Positions 41,855 to 53,192 of a stretch of DNA of 64,000 nucleotides are shown piece by piece. A program made the translations under genes and the position numbers. The stretch comes from a virus (Duplodnaviria > Caudoviricetes). The DNA is taken from the IMG/VR virus record IMGVR_UViG_650627111_000001, positions 61,957 to 125,956 of that record; one strand, given 5' to 3'. Within the stretch, counting starts at the first letter, position 1, and each line of letters starts with the position of its first letter. The notes beneath the pieces were generated by a model. That model saw nothing but the letters and a program-made list of their open reading frames with translations, searched no databases and was not told the DNA's origin.

Positions 41855-42820
41855 ATGTATAAGGTTATTAAGAATGGTAAGGGTAATATTGTAGCTAAGA
41901 TTGTGGCAGATTCTATTAATACTGGTGGTAACCGTATCACAACCTTTGAATTAGAATATCCCCGCTTCATTCACAGTGAGTTGATGACACATCGCCTATT
42001 CTCACGTAATGCTATGAGTAGTCGTGCAGTTCCGGTTAGTAAAATGATTGAACAAGTTCGCAATAATCCAGCTACACCGATTCATTGGGGTAAAAATCAA
42101 TCAGGTATGCAAGCTAAAACTGAACACACAGAGGATGTGTTAGATAATACAGGAGAAGCTTTTTCTGTACAAGATTGGTGGTATTTATCTGCGGAAGAAG
42201 CAGCTAGTTCGGCAGAGGCTATGGAAGAAGCGGGGTATCATAAGCAAATTGTGAATCGATTACTAGAACCATTCCAAATGATGAAGACAGTTTTAACAGC
42301 AACAGAATTTTCTAATTTCTTTTGGTTGCGTCTAGATGAAGACGCACAACCTGAGATTCACGAACTTGCATTGTGTATGAAATCTGCTTACGATGAGTCT
42401 TACCCAGAAGAGTTAGTATCTGGTGAGTGGCACACCCCTTATATAGAGCATTACCGATATGAAGATGGTCTGAAATATGGCGTAGAAGATTCTGAAGGGT
42501 ACACACGATTCATAACTGCAGAAGAAGCTATTGCAATTTCATCATCTTGTTGTGCGCAAGTCTCATACCGAAATATTGATAATAGTTTTGAGAAAGCTAT
42601 GAAAGTGTATGAACGTCTTGGTGTCGGTGGTAGTAAGATACACGCTTCCCCCTTCGAGCATGTGGCAAAACCAATGAAAGAATGTGTATTTGATTATAAC
42701 AATCCTGACCTTAAACCAGAGGAAGGTATTACTCATGTAGATACAGACCAAAACTATTGGTCAGGTAACTTTAAAGGTTGGATTCAACATCGCCAGCTCC
42801 TAGAAAATCATTGCAATTGA
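41855..42820 (+). CDS. thyX: Flavin-dependent thymidylate synthase
   Basis: RFIHSELMTHRLFSRNAMSSR, HASPFEH. Confidence 0.85.
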   Translation: MYKVIKNGKGNIVAKIVADSINTGGNRITTFELEYPRFIHSELMTHRLFSRNAMSSRAVPVSKMIEQVRNNPATPIHWGKNQSGMQAKTEHTEDVLDNTGEAFSVQDWWYLSAEEAASSAEAMEEAGYHKQIVNRLLEPFQMMKTVLTATEFSNFFWLRLDEDAQPEIHELALCMKSAYDESYPEELVSGEWHTPYIEHYRYEDGLKYGVEDSEGYTRFITAEEAIAISSSCCAQVSYRNIDNSFEKAMKVYERLGVGGSKIHASPFEHVAKPMKECVFDYNNPDLKPEEGITHVDTDQNYWSGNFKGWIQHRQLLENHCN

Positions 42821-43309
42821 TACAACTGTAAGTATTTGGAGTAAGATATAGTGTATAAGTATGAATGTAGTTATTGTGGAGACCCTCTTTGCCCTGAACT
42901 CTGCCCAGAGGCTAAAGCTGCACACAAACGGTGGGTAGAATCAGATGAATTCAAATCTTTAATCGAAAATAGATGTACGAATCATCACACATTGGTAGAT
43001 AGAACTGGTAAGGAAATAACTGTTGGTTGTGAAATTATACATACAAGTTTTCCCCGTCAAAAAGTTAAGGTGTATGAAAAAGATGATGAGTTGTATGCAG
43101 GTTTTGTAAAAGTAAATAGTTACCACAGTTCGGTGTTGGAGGTAGTCGATGAGCATTAAAGAATTATATGAAACATACGATCTTGATTTTGAGGTGAAGT
43201 TGTCTGTTTATGCCTGCGGACAAACTTTTGAAGTATCTTTAAGGGATCTGGGAACTCCGAAAATCAACTATGTTGAGAAGAAACTTGTATTCGATGCGGA
43301 GTATAATTA

Positions 43310-44146
43310 ATGACAATACGTAGCAGCATCTATCTACAGGGATCGAAGTTCAAGCTCTATCCACAAATCAAACCTTACTTGCAAGATGGTAAACGTAAAG
43401 TATTAGTGGATTTGTTCGGTGGTTCGGGAACTATGACACTCAATTGTGTCAAGGATGATATGTTCGAGAAGTATATCTACAATGACAAATCATCATGGCT
43501 TTATGATATGCAATCATACCTCAAAGATTATGATAATGTTGTTGAAACGTTAACCCGAATCAATGAAGAGTATCCTAAGACACGAGAAGGTTATCTGATG
43601 TTACGAGAAGATTATAACCTGAGACCATCTATGGCGAGGTTATATATTCTCATGTGTCGTAGCTTCTCGAATCAGGTGAGATTTAACCCAACATCAGGGT
43701 TTGATATGCCATATGGAGATAGAAAACCATTCTTCCCAGAACGCATTCGTAAGCATCAACAATTGTTGAAAGATGTTGAATTATACAATCATGATTTTGG
43801 TGATATGGTGGAGATTTTGTTGGAGGGTGGTGATTTATCTGGAACAACTGTGTATATTGATCCACCATATCAATTCACGACAGCTACCTATAACGAAAAT
43901 GGAGGTTGGACGCAGAACGATAATACTTCGTTGCTAGAATATCTCCTTGAACTCCGTTCAAAAGGTGCATTAGTTGTAATGAGTAATGTCTTTGAGAATC
44001 GTGGATGTATTCATCAAGAGTTGATTGATTTTTGTGAGCAGCACAAAGATAAATTTGATGCCCATCAAATGAATATCTCGTACAACAACAGTAGTTTCCG
44101 CAAAGGAAGTGGTGTAACACGGGAAGTGTTGATTGTTAGTAAATAG
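43310..44146 (+). CDS. dam: Dam-like DNA adenine methyltransferase
   Basis: GSKFKL, DLFGGSG, YIDPPY, SN, REVLI. Confidence 0.9.
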   Translation: MTIRSSIYLQGSKFKLYPQIKPYLQDGKRKVLVDLFGGSGTMTLNCVKDDMFEKYIYNDKSSWLYDMQSYLKDYDNVVETLTRINEEYPKTREGYLMLREDYNLRPSMARLYILMCRSFSNQVRFNPTSGFDMPYGDRKPFFPERIRKHQQLLKDVELYNHDFGDMVEILLEGGDLSGTTVYIDPPYQFTTATYNENGGWTQNDNTSLLEYLLELRSKGALVVMSNVFENRGCIHQELIDFCEQHKDKFDAHQMNISYNNSSFRKGSGVTREVLIVSK

Positions 44147-46027
44147 AGGGTGTGTATGCTAAGTGATGCAGAAATTGATAAGATTATAAAAGATATTGAT
44201 TGTGTTTTAGGTTACGGAAGTAGTTGGGATGCTCTACACTACCTAAAAGAACTTAAATCTAAGTTGCAGGAGAAAGTTCACGCAACACAAAAGGAGAATA
44301 CATGCAAGAGTTAACCTTGGAAGAACAGTATATCAAAATAGTTGAAGATGGTGTTATCGCTAATCAAATGTCGATGGCTACTGTTCTTGGTTTTGATGAT
44401 ATTGCTATATATGAGTTAAGTAAACTAATTCGAGATAACCAACTCTCGAAGGAAGTGTACACTAACACACTCAAACTTTGGTTGACGAAAGAAGAAATCA
44501 CAGAAGTTATGAGTTTGGTTGTTGGGTATCAAAACCTAAGCTATCAAATCGAACAAGGTATTGCTAATAATCTTAATATTTTAGTGTTCGAGGAATTAAC
44601 CCAACAACGTTTTAACACCTTAGATAAGCTAGGTGAGGTTGTTGGTAAGTACAGTAAAGTTTTTCAAGATAAAACTGAGCAAATAGTTTCCAACTTTTAT
44701 GATTACTATAAGCATGAAATTGTTCGTATGACTGAAGAAAGTGAGCAACGCAGAGGAGAATCTTTATGAGTTATATGGATTGTGGGGGTTGGAATAATGG
44801 TCTGATTGTACGTAATGACCGTGGAGATGTTATACGGGAAATTAACCACTGTTCTTGGACAATAGACTACAACACTGTGTATGAATGTCTTAATATGGAT
44901 GCAACAAAAGTTCTATGGTGTTATGTTCTTCGCCAAGGAGATCAAGTAGAAGCTATCTTACCAAAACACAACAAAGAGGAAGTATAATGGCTGGTTTATC
45001 AAATTACACAGCAGAAGTGATTACCCAAACAATGGCTTCTGTGACAGAACATCTTGTTCATGAAATTGCACATTCAGAACCAAATAAATTTATCGACGAA
45101 AATGGTTGCATCTTGTTGTGGGAAGTGTTACATTATCTTGGCTTTCACGTAGGTAAGGTTGAGAAAGATATTACACGAAGTGACCGTACTACACTTCCAG
45201 ATGGATATTTTATGACAAAGAATGTTATCTTTGAACCACAGCAGATTGTACGGGATTTGAATAATCCACACATGACATACAAATGTGGTGTATACAAAGG
45301 TAAACTTCGTCAAATACCAACTGGACGTGTGAGTGGTAAACGTAAAATCACTACTCCACACAAGATGCAAGGTTTGTACGATAAGTACGGTACTTTGCAA
45401 GCTAAAGATATTTACAAATATGTACCTAAATATACAATGGTTAATATTTTAGAAGTTGGTAATGATTATGACTTGAAAAGTAGTAAGGAGTGTGATTAAT
45501 GTTTGATCATTGGGATACAACACCTGTTAAAAAGAAGATACCTTACCAAGCTGAAGATTATACTGCAGAAGAATGGAAAATTAGGAAGTATTTCGAGAAT
45601 CAATTCACCGATCAAACAGATGGTATTGATATGGATGCTTGGGAAGAACGGTATGGTAAATAGGAGAAGGTTTATGGCGACTAATATAAAATATTTAGAA
45701 GGTACACCGTTATACGATAAACTTTTTAAATTAGATATTGTAAGTTGTACTAATGTGGTTGATGATGGTTTACTTTGTGGAATGTTGGATGTAATTATTA
45801 ACCAAAAAGATGAGATTGAATTGTTAAAGAAAGAAATTAAATCTCTCAAAAGTCATGTTGGTATTAGTGATGTTTAACCATACCCTGTGTGAGAGTTTTA
45901 CCTTCTAAACAAAGTTTAAAATCAGGAGATTATAGCTTGCGAGTAGGAGAACTTTCATGCGATAATAATTTTCCACAGTGATGGTACTGTGAGTGATAAT
46001 GTGATTATTGATGTAGGAGAAATGTAG

Positions 46028-49000
46028 TTGAGTATTAAAACAGTAATTAAGTCTAATGGTCAAGAAGTACCTTTTGATGCCAGTAAACTAAATAGAATGG
46101 CTGAGTGGGCAGACAATTTAGGTGTTGGTTGGTCGAGTTTGGTCTTAAATGCTATCAAGAAAGTATCTGACAAATGTTCAACCTTAGACATTCAAAATGC
46201 GTTAATTGATTCTTGCGCAGAGAAGGCTGATAAAGCACACCTTGCAATGGCTGCTAGACTTTTTCTAGGGACGATGTATAAAAATGCACATGGAGGTTTT
46301 GAAGAAAGACCACACCTGTATGATTTTTATAACAATATGTTAATTTTAGGTTTGTGGAAAGAGATGTCTTATGATGCAACAGAACTTGAATACCTCAATG
46401 AGCATCTAGACCATGATAAAGATTTGAACTATGAATATTCGGTTTTGAAACAACTAGATAGCAAATATTGTAAAAAACTTAATGATATTTCTATGGAAAC
46501 TCCACAATACCTTTTTATGGGTGTTGCTATGGATATTATGGAAAATCAACCAGAAGATACTCGATTAGATGATGTAGTAAAATATTACACATATTTGAGT
46601 GATTTGAAGATTAATTTACCAACACCATTCTTGTCAGGTTTGAGATCTAAAACAAAAGGTTTGGCTTCTTGTGCCGTACTTAAGGGAGATGATACTGCAG
46701 ATAGTTTAGAAGCTGCTATCCACAACGCTTATAAGCAAACAGTATCTAATGCTGGGATTGGTATATCTTTAAATTGTCGTAGTATAAAAGACCCTGTACG
46801 AAATGGTGCAATAAAACACACTGGTAAATTACCATACTATCGCTACATCCAAGGATCTGTCGGAGCAACGAAACAAGAGGTTCGTGGAGGTAGTGCGACC
46901 GTACAGTTTACAGCTCTAGACCCTGAGATTGAAGATCTGTTACGCTTAAAGCATGTAACTACGGTGAGCGAGAAACAGATCAGAGGGTTAGATTATAGTT
47001 TTGGTGCCTGTCGGCTATTGGCTGAGAAATCTTCCAAAGGTGAAGATTGGTACTTAATGTCACAACTACACGCCCCAGAGGTTTATAAGGCGTACCATGA
47101 AAATTATGATTCACTGAAACAAACTTTAAACGACTATATCTTATCTGGCAAACCTTATAAGACTATCAAAGCCGTAGAAGTTTTAAAGTTATACTTAAAA
47201 CAAAGACAAGATACTGGGCGTATGTATAGTACGTGGCTTGATGAAGCGAACTATCATACACCTTTTAAAGAGCCGATCTATTCAAGTAACTTGTGTGTAG
47301 CTCCAGAGACAAAGATTCTTACACGAAATGGTTACACCGCGATTGCCGAACTTGACGGTGAGAACGTAGACATTTGGAACGGGGAAGATTGGTCTGAAGT
47401 TACCGTAGTTAAAACAGGTGAAAACCAGAAACTATTAAAAGTAAAAACTTCATCTGGTTATACTCTAGATTGTACACCTTATCATAAATTCTACGTATTT
47501 AATGGGTACGGTAAACCTTATAAAGTAAAACGTACACATGAACTCGTAGAAGGTGATAAGCTTGCTAAGTTTGATTTACCTGTTATTCAAGGTGTGAAAT
47601 CTCTAGATAAGGCATATCTTAACGGATTCTATTCTGGGGATGGGTGTCATTTTAAAGGGAAAAATATTGTATACCTTTATGGTGAGAAGCGAAAACTTTC
47701 TGAAGAGTTTAAAAAATACCCACATACTTATTATATCTGCCAAGAAGACCAAGATCGTGAAGTATTTCATATGCAAGATTTAAAAGAGAAATACTTTGTA
47801 CCATCTGAGGATTATTCGGTAGAAGCTAGATTGGCTTGGTTGGCTGGGTACCTTGACGCAGACGGATGTATTTACCGAAACGGGGTTAACGAGGCTATAA
47901 CTTGTGCATCTATAGATTATGAATTTCTTAAAGATATTCAAATGATGTTACAAACGTTAGGTGTGTCATCTAAGATAACACCAGCACTAGAAGAAGGTTA
48001 CAGAATGATGCCAGCTAATGACGGCTCTGGTGAACTGAAAGCGTTCTATTGTAACGAGAGCTGGAGATTACTAATAAGTAGTTATGATTCATACCGACTT
48101 CTAGAACTTGGTTTAGAATTTAAACGTCTCCGGATCAAAAAACGTAGACCACAAAGGGGTGCAAAAAGATTTGTAGAAGTATCTGTTGTTTTAGATGAAG
48201 GTCGTGTAGATGACACATACTGTTTTACGGAAAAGAAACGTGGGATGGGTATGTTTAATGGTATCCTTACTGGTCAGTGCCAAGAGATATTCCTACCAAC
48301 AAAAGGTTTCAAAGATACAGGAGAAATGTACACAAACGATGTTGAAAATGTTCAGGGTGAGATTGCGTTATGTTTCTTGTCATGTATCGTAGCTGGCCGT
48401 GTTTCTGAAGAAGAGTACGAAGATGTTGCATACTACACGTTACTTGGTGTTGACAATGTTATCTCTTTGATGGATTATGCTTTCCCTAACCTAAGTTATT
48501 CAGCACAAAACCGTCGGAGTGTAGGTATAGGAATTACAAACTTGGCACACGCATTAGCTAGTAAAGGGTTAAGTTATAAGACCTTAGAAGGTAAAAATTA
48601 CATGCATAGGTTGGCAGAGATGCACAGTTACTACCTTCACAAAGCTAGTCTGCGGTTGGCAAAAGAGAAAGGGGTTGCTGGTTGGATTGGTAAGACAAAA
48701 TATCCTGAAGGTTGGTTGCCTATCGACACTTACAATAAAAACGTAGATAGGGTTCATACTCAGAAATTAAGATTTGATTGGGAAAGTCTACGTAAAGATA
48801 TTATAAGTGCTGGAGGAATTCGTAACAGTGTATTGGAGGCAACGCCACCTGCTGAGAGTAGCAGTTTAGTAAGCTCTACAACAAACTCACTATACCCTAT
48901 AAGACAAGATTATGTAATTAAGAAATCTGGTACCACTAAGGTAGTTTTTGCGGCACCAGATATTGAAAATCTAAAAGGTAAGTATGAGTATGCTTATGAA

Positions 49001-49258
49001 ATACCTACAAAAGATATGATCGATTGTTACGCTATCTTCCAAAAGTTTCATGGGCAAGGTATTAGTGCGGATTTGTGGAAAGATTATAGTAAATATGAAA
49101 ATGAAAAAATCCCTATGTCTGAACTGCTTAATGATTTCTATTACGCAACTAAGATGGGTATGAAGTCATGGTATTATCAGAACAGTAAATCTGGTATAAA
49201 ACAAGAAGGTAGTACAATTGAACCTGATGAGTCATCATGTGAAAGTTGTAAAATGTAA
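46028..49258 (+). CDS. nrdA: Class Ia ribonucleotide reductase alpha subunit with intein
   Basis: ATP-cone, ETPQ, PTP, ASC, SNL|CQEI, PPAESSS, KSWYY, CESCKM. Confidence 0.95.
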   Translation: MSIKTVIKSNGQEVPFDASKLNRMAEWADNLGVGWSSLVLNAIKKVSDKCSTLDIQNALIDSCAEKADKAHLAMAARLFLGTMYKNAHGGFEERPHLYDFYNNMLILGLWKEMSYDATELEYLNEHLDHDKDLNYEYSVLKQLDSKYCKKLNDISMETPQYLFMGVAMDIMENQPEDTRLDDVVKYYTYLSDLKINLPTPFLSGLRSKTKGLASCAVLKGDDTADSLEAAIHNAYKQTVSNAGIGISLNCRSIKDPVRNGAIKHTGKLPYYRYIQGSVGATKQEVRGGSATVQFTALDPEIEDLLRLKHVTTVSEKQIRGLDYSFGACRLLAEKSSKGEDWYLMSQLHAPEVYKAYHENYDSLKQTLNDYILSGKPYKTIKAVEVLKLYLKQRQDTGRMYSTWLDEANYHTPFKEPIYSSNLCVAPETKILTRNGYTAIAELDGENVDIWNGEDWSEVTVVKTGENQKLLKVKTSSGYTLDCTPYHKFYVFNGYGKPYKVKRTHELVEGDKLAKFDLPVIQGVKSLDKAYLNGFYSGDGCHFKGKNIVYLYGEKRKLSEEFKKYPHTYYICQEDQDREVFHMQDLKEKYFVPSEDYSVEARLAWLAGYLDADGCIYRNGVNEAITCASIDYEFLKDIQMMLQTLGVSSKITPALEEGYRMMPANDGSGELKAFYCNESWRLLISSYDSYRLLELGLEFKRLRIKKRRPQRGAKRFVEVSVVLDEGRVDDTYCFTEKKRGMGMFNGILTGQCQEIFLPTKGFKDTGEMYTNDVENVQGEIALCFLSCIVAGRVSEEEYEDVAYYTLLGVDNVISLMDYAFPNLSYSAQNRRSVGIGITNLAHALASKGLSYKTLEGKNYMHRLAEMHSYYLHKASLRLAKEKGVAGWIGKTKYPEGWLPIDTYNKNVDRVHTQKLRFDWESLRKDIISAGGIRNSVLEATPPAESSSLVSSTTNSLYPIRQDYVIKKSGTTKVVFAAPDIENLKGKYEYAYEIPTKDMIDCYAIFQKFHGQGISADLWKDYSKYENEKIPMSELLNDFYYATKMGMKSWYYQNSKSGIKQEGSTIEPDESSCESCKM
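47294..48277 (+). mobile_element. LAGLIDADG intein (328 aa) in NrdA
   Basis: Starts CVAPETKILT; CTPYHKF block B; NGFYSGDG and LAGYLDADG; ends FNGILTGQ|C. Confidence 0.92.
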
Positions 49259-49269
49259 GGAGGTTTCGT

Positions 49270-50622
49270 TTGACTATTGATAATGTGTTAAATTTAAAAA
49301 ATGATGGTTGGAAAACGGGTGCTTACCCGTTATTCCTAGGGCAAGATTTAGGTCTTCATGATACAATGAATCGTCCTTACCCAGAACTGTTTAAACTTTT
49401 TAAGCTTATGAAATCTTTAGATTGGTCGGAGGATGAAATCCGACTACATCAGGATCGTATGGATTTCGAAAGTGTAGATCAATCAACTTACGATGTGATG
49501 ATTAAAACTCTTAGTTGGCAGTATGAAGCAGATAGCTTAGCGTCTCGTAGTATTGTAACGTTATTTGCACCATTTATTACCAATAGTGATCTCTCGCAGA
49601 TGATGTTGCGATGGAGTGATAATGAGGCACTGCATAGCACAACATACTCAGAGATTATTCGACAATGTTTAAAAAATCCAGACGATATCTTTGAGGAAAT
49701 AACCTCTAATAAAGATGTAACTGAACGATCTTACAAGATTGCTGAAGCGTTCTCTAAACTAAAAACTCTTGGTGCTAGATACACCTTGTCTAAAGAGTCT
49801 GTAAGTGAAAAAGAGATTCGTGAAGTAATCCTTAAGACAATTGTAAGTCTTTATTGTCTAGAGCAGATGGAGTTTATGGCTTCCTTTGCTTGTACATTTG
49901 CACTTGCGGAGAGAGAGATTTTCTTAGGGGTGGCGAGTCTTGTACAAAAAATTATGATAGATGAGACAATTCACACCCGCATGGATGAGGCTATTATAAA
50001 TATCCTACTTGGTGATGAGGTTTGGCTTAAGACGTTTGAAGATATTAAACCTGATATTAAAGAGATTGTAGATAGCGTTTACAAACAAGAACTATCTTGG
50101 AGTGAATATATCTTCTCAGAAGGAAGAAGTATTGTCGGGTTGAATACTTCATTGTTGAAAGAGTGGGTTCAGTATAAATCTCAAGTGGTTTACAAAAAAC
50201 TAGGTATTGAACAACCTTTTGAGGATGTAATTAATAACCCACTACCTTGGATGGAGAATTGGTTGGATATAGATTCCTACCAAGTTGCTAACCAAGAAGC
50301 TGATAATAATAACTACAGACTGAACTCTATATCAGATGATGTACCAGATGAGTATGTATTTGACTTCGGGGTACAACGTTGTGGTGTATTAGGTAAATTA
50401 ACACAATACACTGTTTACTCTAAAGACGGGTGTCCGTTCTGTGTTAAGCTTAAGAAGTTTTTAGATGATAACGGTATCACCTATAATGAAATACGTGTAG
50501 ATGTGCAACACGAGTATAAGGATTGGTTGATGGCTAAAGGCTTACGTACTGTACCTCAAATTTTTGACCAAGAGGGTAACTATCACGGAGATTGTACCAG
50601 TTTCATTCAGAAACACTCTTGA
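49270..50622 (+). CDS. nrdB: Ribonucleotide reductase beta subunit fused to glutaredoxin
   Basis: WSEDEI, EALH, DETIH di-iron ligands; C-terminal YSKDGCPFC..RTVPQIF. Confidence 0.92.
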   Translation: MTIDNVLNLKNDGWKTGAYPLFLGQDLGLHDTMNRPYPELFKLFKLMKSLDWSEDEIRLHQDRMDFESVDQSTYDVMIKTLSWQYEADSLASRSIVTLFAPFITNSDLSQMMLRWSDNEALHSTTYSEIIRQCLKNPDDIFEEITSNKDVTERSYKIAEAFSKLKTLGARYTLSKESVSEKEIREVILKTIVSLYCLEQMEFMASFACTFALAEREIFLGVASLVQKIMIDETIHTRMDEAIINILLGDEVWLKTFEDIKPDIKEIVDSVYKQELSWSEYIFSEGRSIVGLNTSLLKEWVQYKSQVVYKKLGIEQPFEDVINNPLPWMENWLDIDSYQVANQEADNNNYRLNSISDDVPDEYVFDFGVQRCGVLGKLTQYTVYSKDGCPFCVKLKKFLDDNGITYNEIRVDVQHEYKDWLMAKGLRTVPQIFDQEGNYHGDCTSFIQKHS

Positions 50623-51621
50623 CAACAACCTGCAGCTATCGTATTCTTACCTTAGTTGCAGGGTTTCACCTTAGGTGATGTGGAAAATCATCCTACAACA
50701 ATGTTAAATTTTAATCAGGAGGAAATTATGTGTACGCATATTATTACTATTAGTGGTGAGAAGTTGGATGAATTAGGTAAGTTAATCGACCATAAACACA
50801 ATATCAACTTTTCAACAAAGTTTAGTATTTACGAAAAAGTACCATCCACAGGTGCTGACATCTCTGAATCTAACGATTCAAAAGATAAGATTCGTCAGCA
50901 AGCTAAAGATATTCTCGATAAGATTCAATCTCATCAAGAGGAAGAGGAATCAACCCCAGAATGGATGGAAGGTTTTGAGGATTTGATTCGTTCAGATTAT
51001 GTTTTACGTAAAGGAGATTATCTCTTACTGGAAGATTTATCTTTAGAACAAAAAGTTTTCCTCCAAAACTCTCTAGAGACAACAACCGAATTCACTTTCT
51101 TAGAGGAAGATTACAATTATGCCTATTTTAATAATGATGGGAGTTTTGTAGGTTTAATCTATGGTGATCCATTCGTAGTTAAAAAGATAACCTTCAACGA
51201 CTTATTCATCCCAAAACAATGAAACTTCGTTTCAACAAAGGCGATACTGTCGTAGCAACAAAATTATCTACACGAGAGCAGGTTGTATTCTCTTGTCCTT
51301 CGGACAATATGTGTCAGCATCTTTTGAAGAGATACCTTATTCTCGTGCTAGGTAAATTTTCTAGCGAAGATAAGATTATATTCACAAAGCAATAGAGGTG
51401 TAAAATTTGACAAATATTTCATTCACAACAAATGATGGATACTCTGTCAACAAGAGTGGTACAAATATCACTATCAATTGTACGTTAGGTGGTTATCGTA
51501 GCACCGAAGAAGGTTATTTCTTCTTCATGCCTGATATCGGTGCGGAAGAGAGAACTCTTATTGAATCTCGGATTCGTGAGTTGTTACGATTGGTTGAGAA
51601 ATTTGAGTTAGAGGTAAATGT

Positions 51622-52338
51622 ATGATTTTAAAACGTGGAAGTTCTGGCGCAGATGTGAAGAATATGCAAGAGTATTTGACAGCTCTTGGATATGATACTA
51701 AAGGGGTTGAAGGTACTTTTGAAGGTGGTACTGAATCTGCTGTGAAAGCTTTTCAGAAGGATATGAGTTTTACAGTTGTAGATGGTATTATTGGTAATCA
51801 AACTGCAAAGCACTTGGTTGACATGTACTACGGGAAAGTGGTTCCTTTTGGGTATGTTACAAATACACCTTGGGTATCTGAAGCGATTGAAGATTATTTT
51901 GTATCTGAGATTAAAGGAGAGAAACACAACCCTCGTGTCGTTCAATACTTTAAGGATGCACACAGTTCTTGGTTTACCGACGATGAAACACCATGGTGCG
52001 CCGCTGCAGTTAGTTCTTGGTTGGAACGTGCAGGTATCCGTTCAGTACGTTCAGCTCGTGCCCGTGACCATATTAACTTCGGCACTAAACTGCTAGAACC
52101 ACGTTTCGGAGCTATTGTTGTACTAGAACGAGGGGCTAATTCTGGTCATGTAGGTTTCGTAAATGGTGTTACTGCAGATGGTAAACAAATTAAAGTTTTA
52201 GGAGGTAATCAAAGCGACTCAGTTAATGAACGTATGTTCCAAGTTACTCGTGTATTAGGTTATCGCCAACCAGAGGGATTTGTATTACCACCTTGTCCTA
52301 TTGTTGGTAAAGGTGAACTTAGTAAAAGCGAAGCTTAA
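51622..52338 (+). CDS. Modular endolysin (PG-binding plus CHAP/NlpC-like)
   Basis: LKRGSSG..VKAFQ..VDGIIG..T; DETPWCAAAV, GHVGFV, LGGNQ. Confidence 0.88.
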   Translation: MILKRGSSGADVKNMQEYLTALGYDTKGVEGTFEGGTESAVKAFQKDMSFTVVDGIIGNQTAKHLVDMYYGKVVPFGYVTNTPWVSEAIEDYFVSEIKGEKHNPRVVQYFKDAHSSWFTDDETPWCAAAVSSWLERAGIRSVRSARARDHINFGTKLLEPRFGAIVVLERGANSGHVGFVNGVTADGKQIKVLGGNQSDSVNERMFQVTRVLGYRQPEGFVLPPCPIVGKGELSKSEA

Positions 52339-52368
52339 AATTATCATATAACACAGAGAGGTGTACCT

Positions 52369-53181
52369 ATGCCAAAACATCGTCACGCAAACCGTAATGC
52401 ACAACAAGACCGTTCAGGGTTTGGTAAAGTAAAGGGACGTAATGAAAATAAAGTTATGCAAGGTCAGCGACAAATTGCAGAAGAGTATGTAACTGATAAT
52501 CAAGATTATCGATTAGATTGGTTTCAGCCAACAGAAGAGCAGAAAGATATTATCTACTCTATGTGTGTTAATGATTTAACATCAGTACAAGCTCCATCTG
52601 GTTGTGGTAAATCAACAACTGTAATTTGGCAAGGACTTAACGATTTGAAACGTGGTGTTTATAAGACTATTATTTTTGTTAAAGCGCCAGATGAGAGCGG
52701 GGACGATCAGATCGGGTACCTCAAAGGTGAGGCTGAATCTAAACTAGAGCCGCACTTTGAAAGTATGCGTGGCATTTTTCATCAGTTTATGAGTCCTGAG
52801 AAATTACGTATGGAAGAACGTCGAGGTCGTATTCAGTTTAAGATTCCAAACTTCTTAAAAGGTGCTACACTTGATAATGCTTTAATTATTTTTGATGAAT
52901 CACAATCTAACACACCACCTACGATTAAACTTGTAACAGAACGCGCAGGTTTAGATTCTAAGGTAGTATTGTTGGGTGACAAGTCTCAACGTTATTCCGT
53001 CAAGAAGCGAGCAGATGGTTTTACACACTTTAATAAGATGATTACTTACGTAGATGACGAGGGCAATCGTGTGAGTAAAGAACCTACAATGGGTTACATT
53101 GAGCTTTCAACCAGTGGTAATATGCGTAGTGACTTATCTAGACGTATTACAGAGTTATATGAAGAGAATCAGGACTGGTAG
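52369..53181 (+). CDS. phoH: PhoH-like ATPase
   Basis: APSGCGKS, IGYLKG, KGATL, DESQ, GDKSQ, RS. Confidence 0.88.
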   Translation: MPKHRHANRNAQQDRSGFGKVKGRNENKVMQGQRQIAEEYVTDNQDYRLDWFQPTEEQKDIIYSMCVNDLTSVQAPSGCGKSTTVIWQGLNDLKRGVYKTIIFVKAPDESGDDQIGYLKGEAESKLEPHFESMRGIFHQFMSPEKLRMEERRGRIQFKIPNFLKGATLDNALIIFDESQSNTPPTIKLVTERAGLDSKVVLLGDKSQRYSVKKRADGFTHFNKMITYVDDEGNRVSKEPTMGYIELSTSGNMRSDLSRRITELYEENQDW

Positions 53182-53192
53182 TATGAGACACG

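Noticed and set aside
45503-45877. Single 124-aa ORF
   Set aside because: Better explained as two short genes (about 45499-45663 and 45673-45877), each with its own RBS
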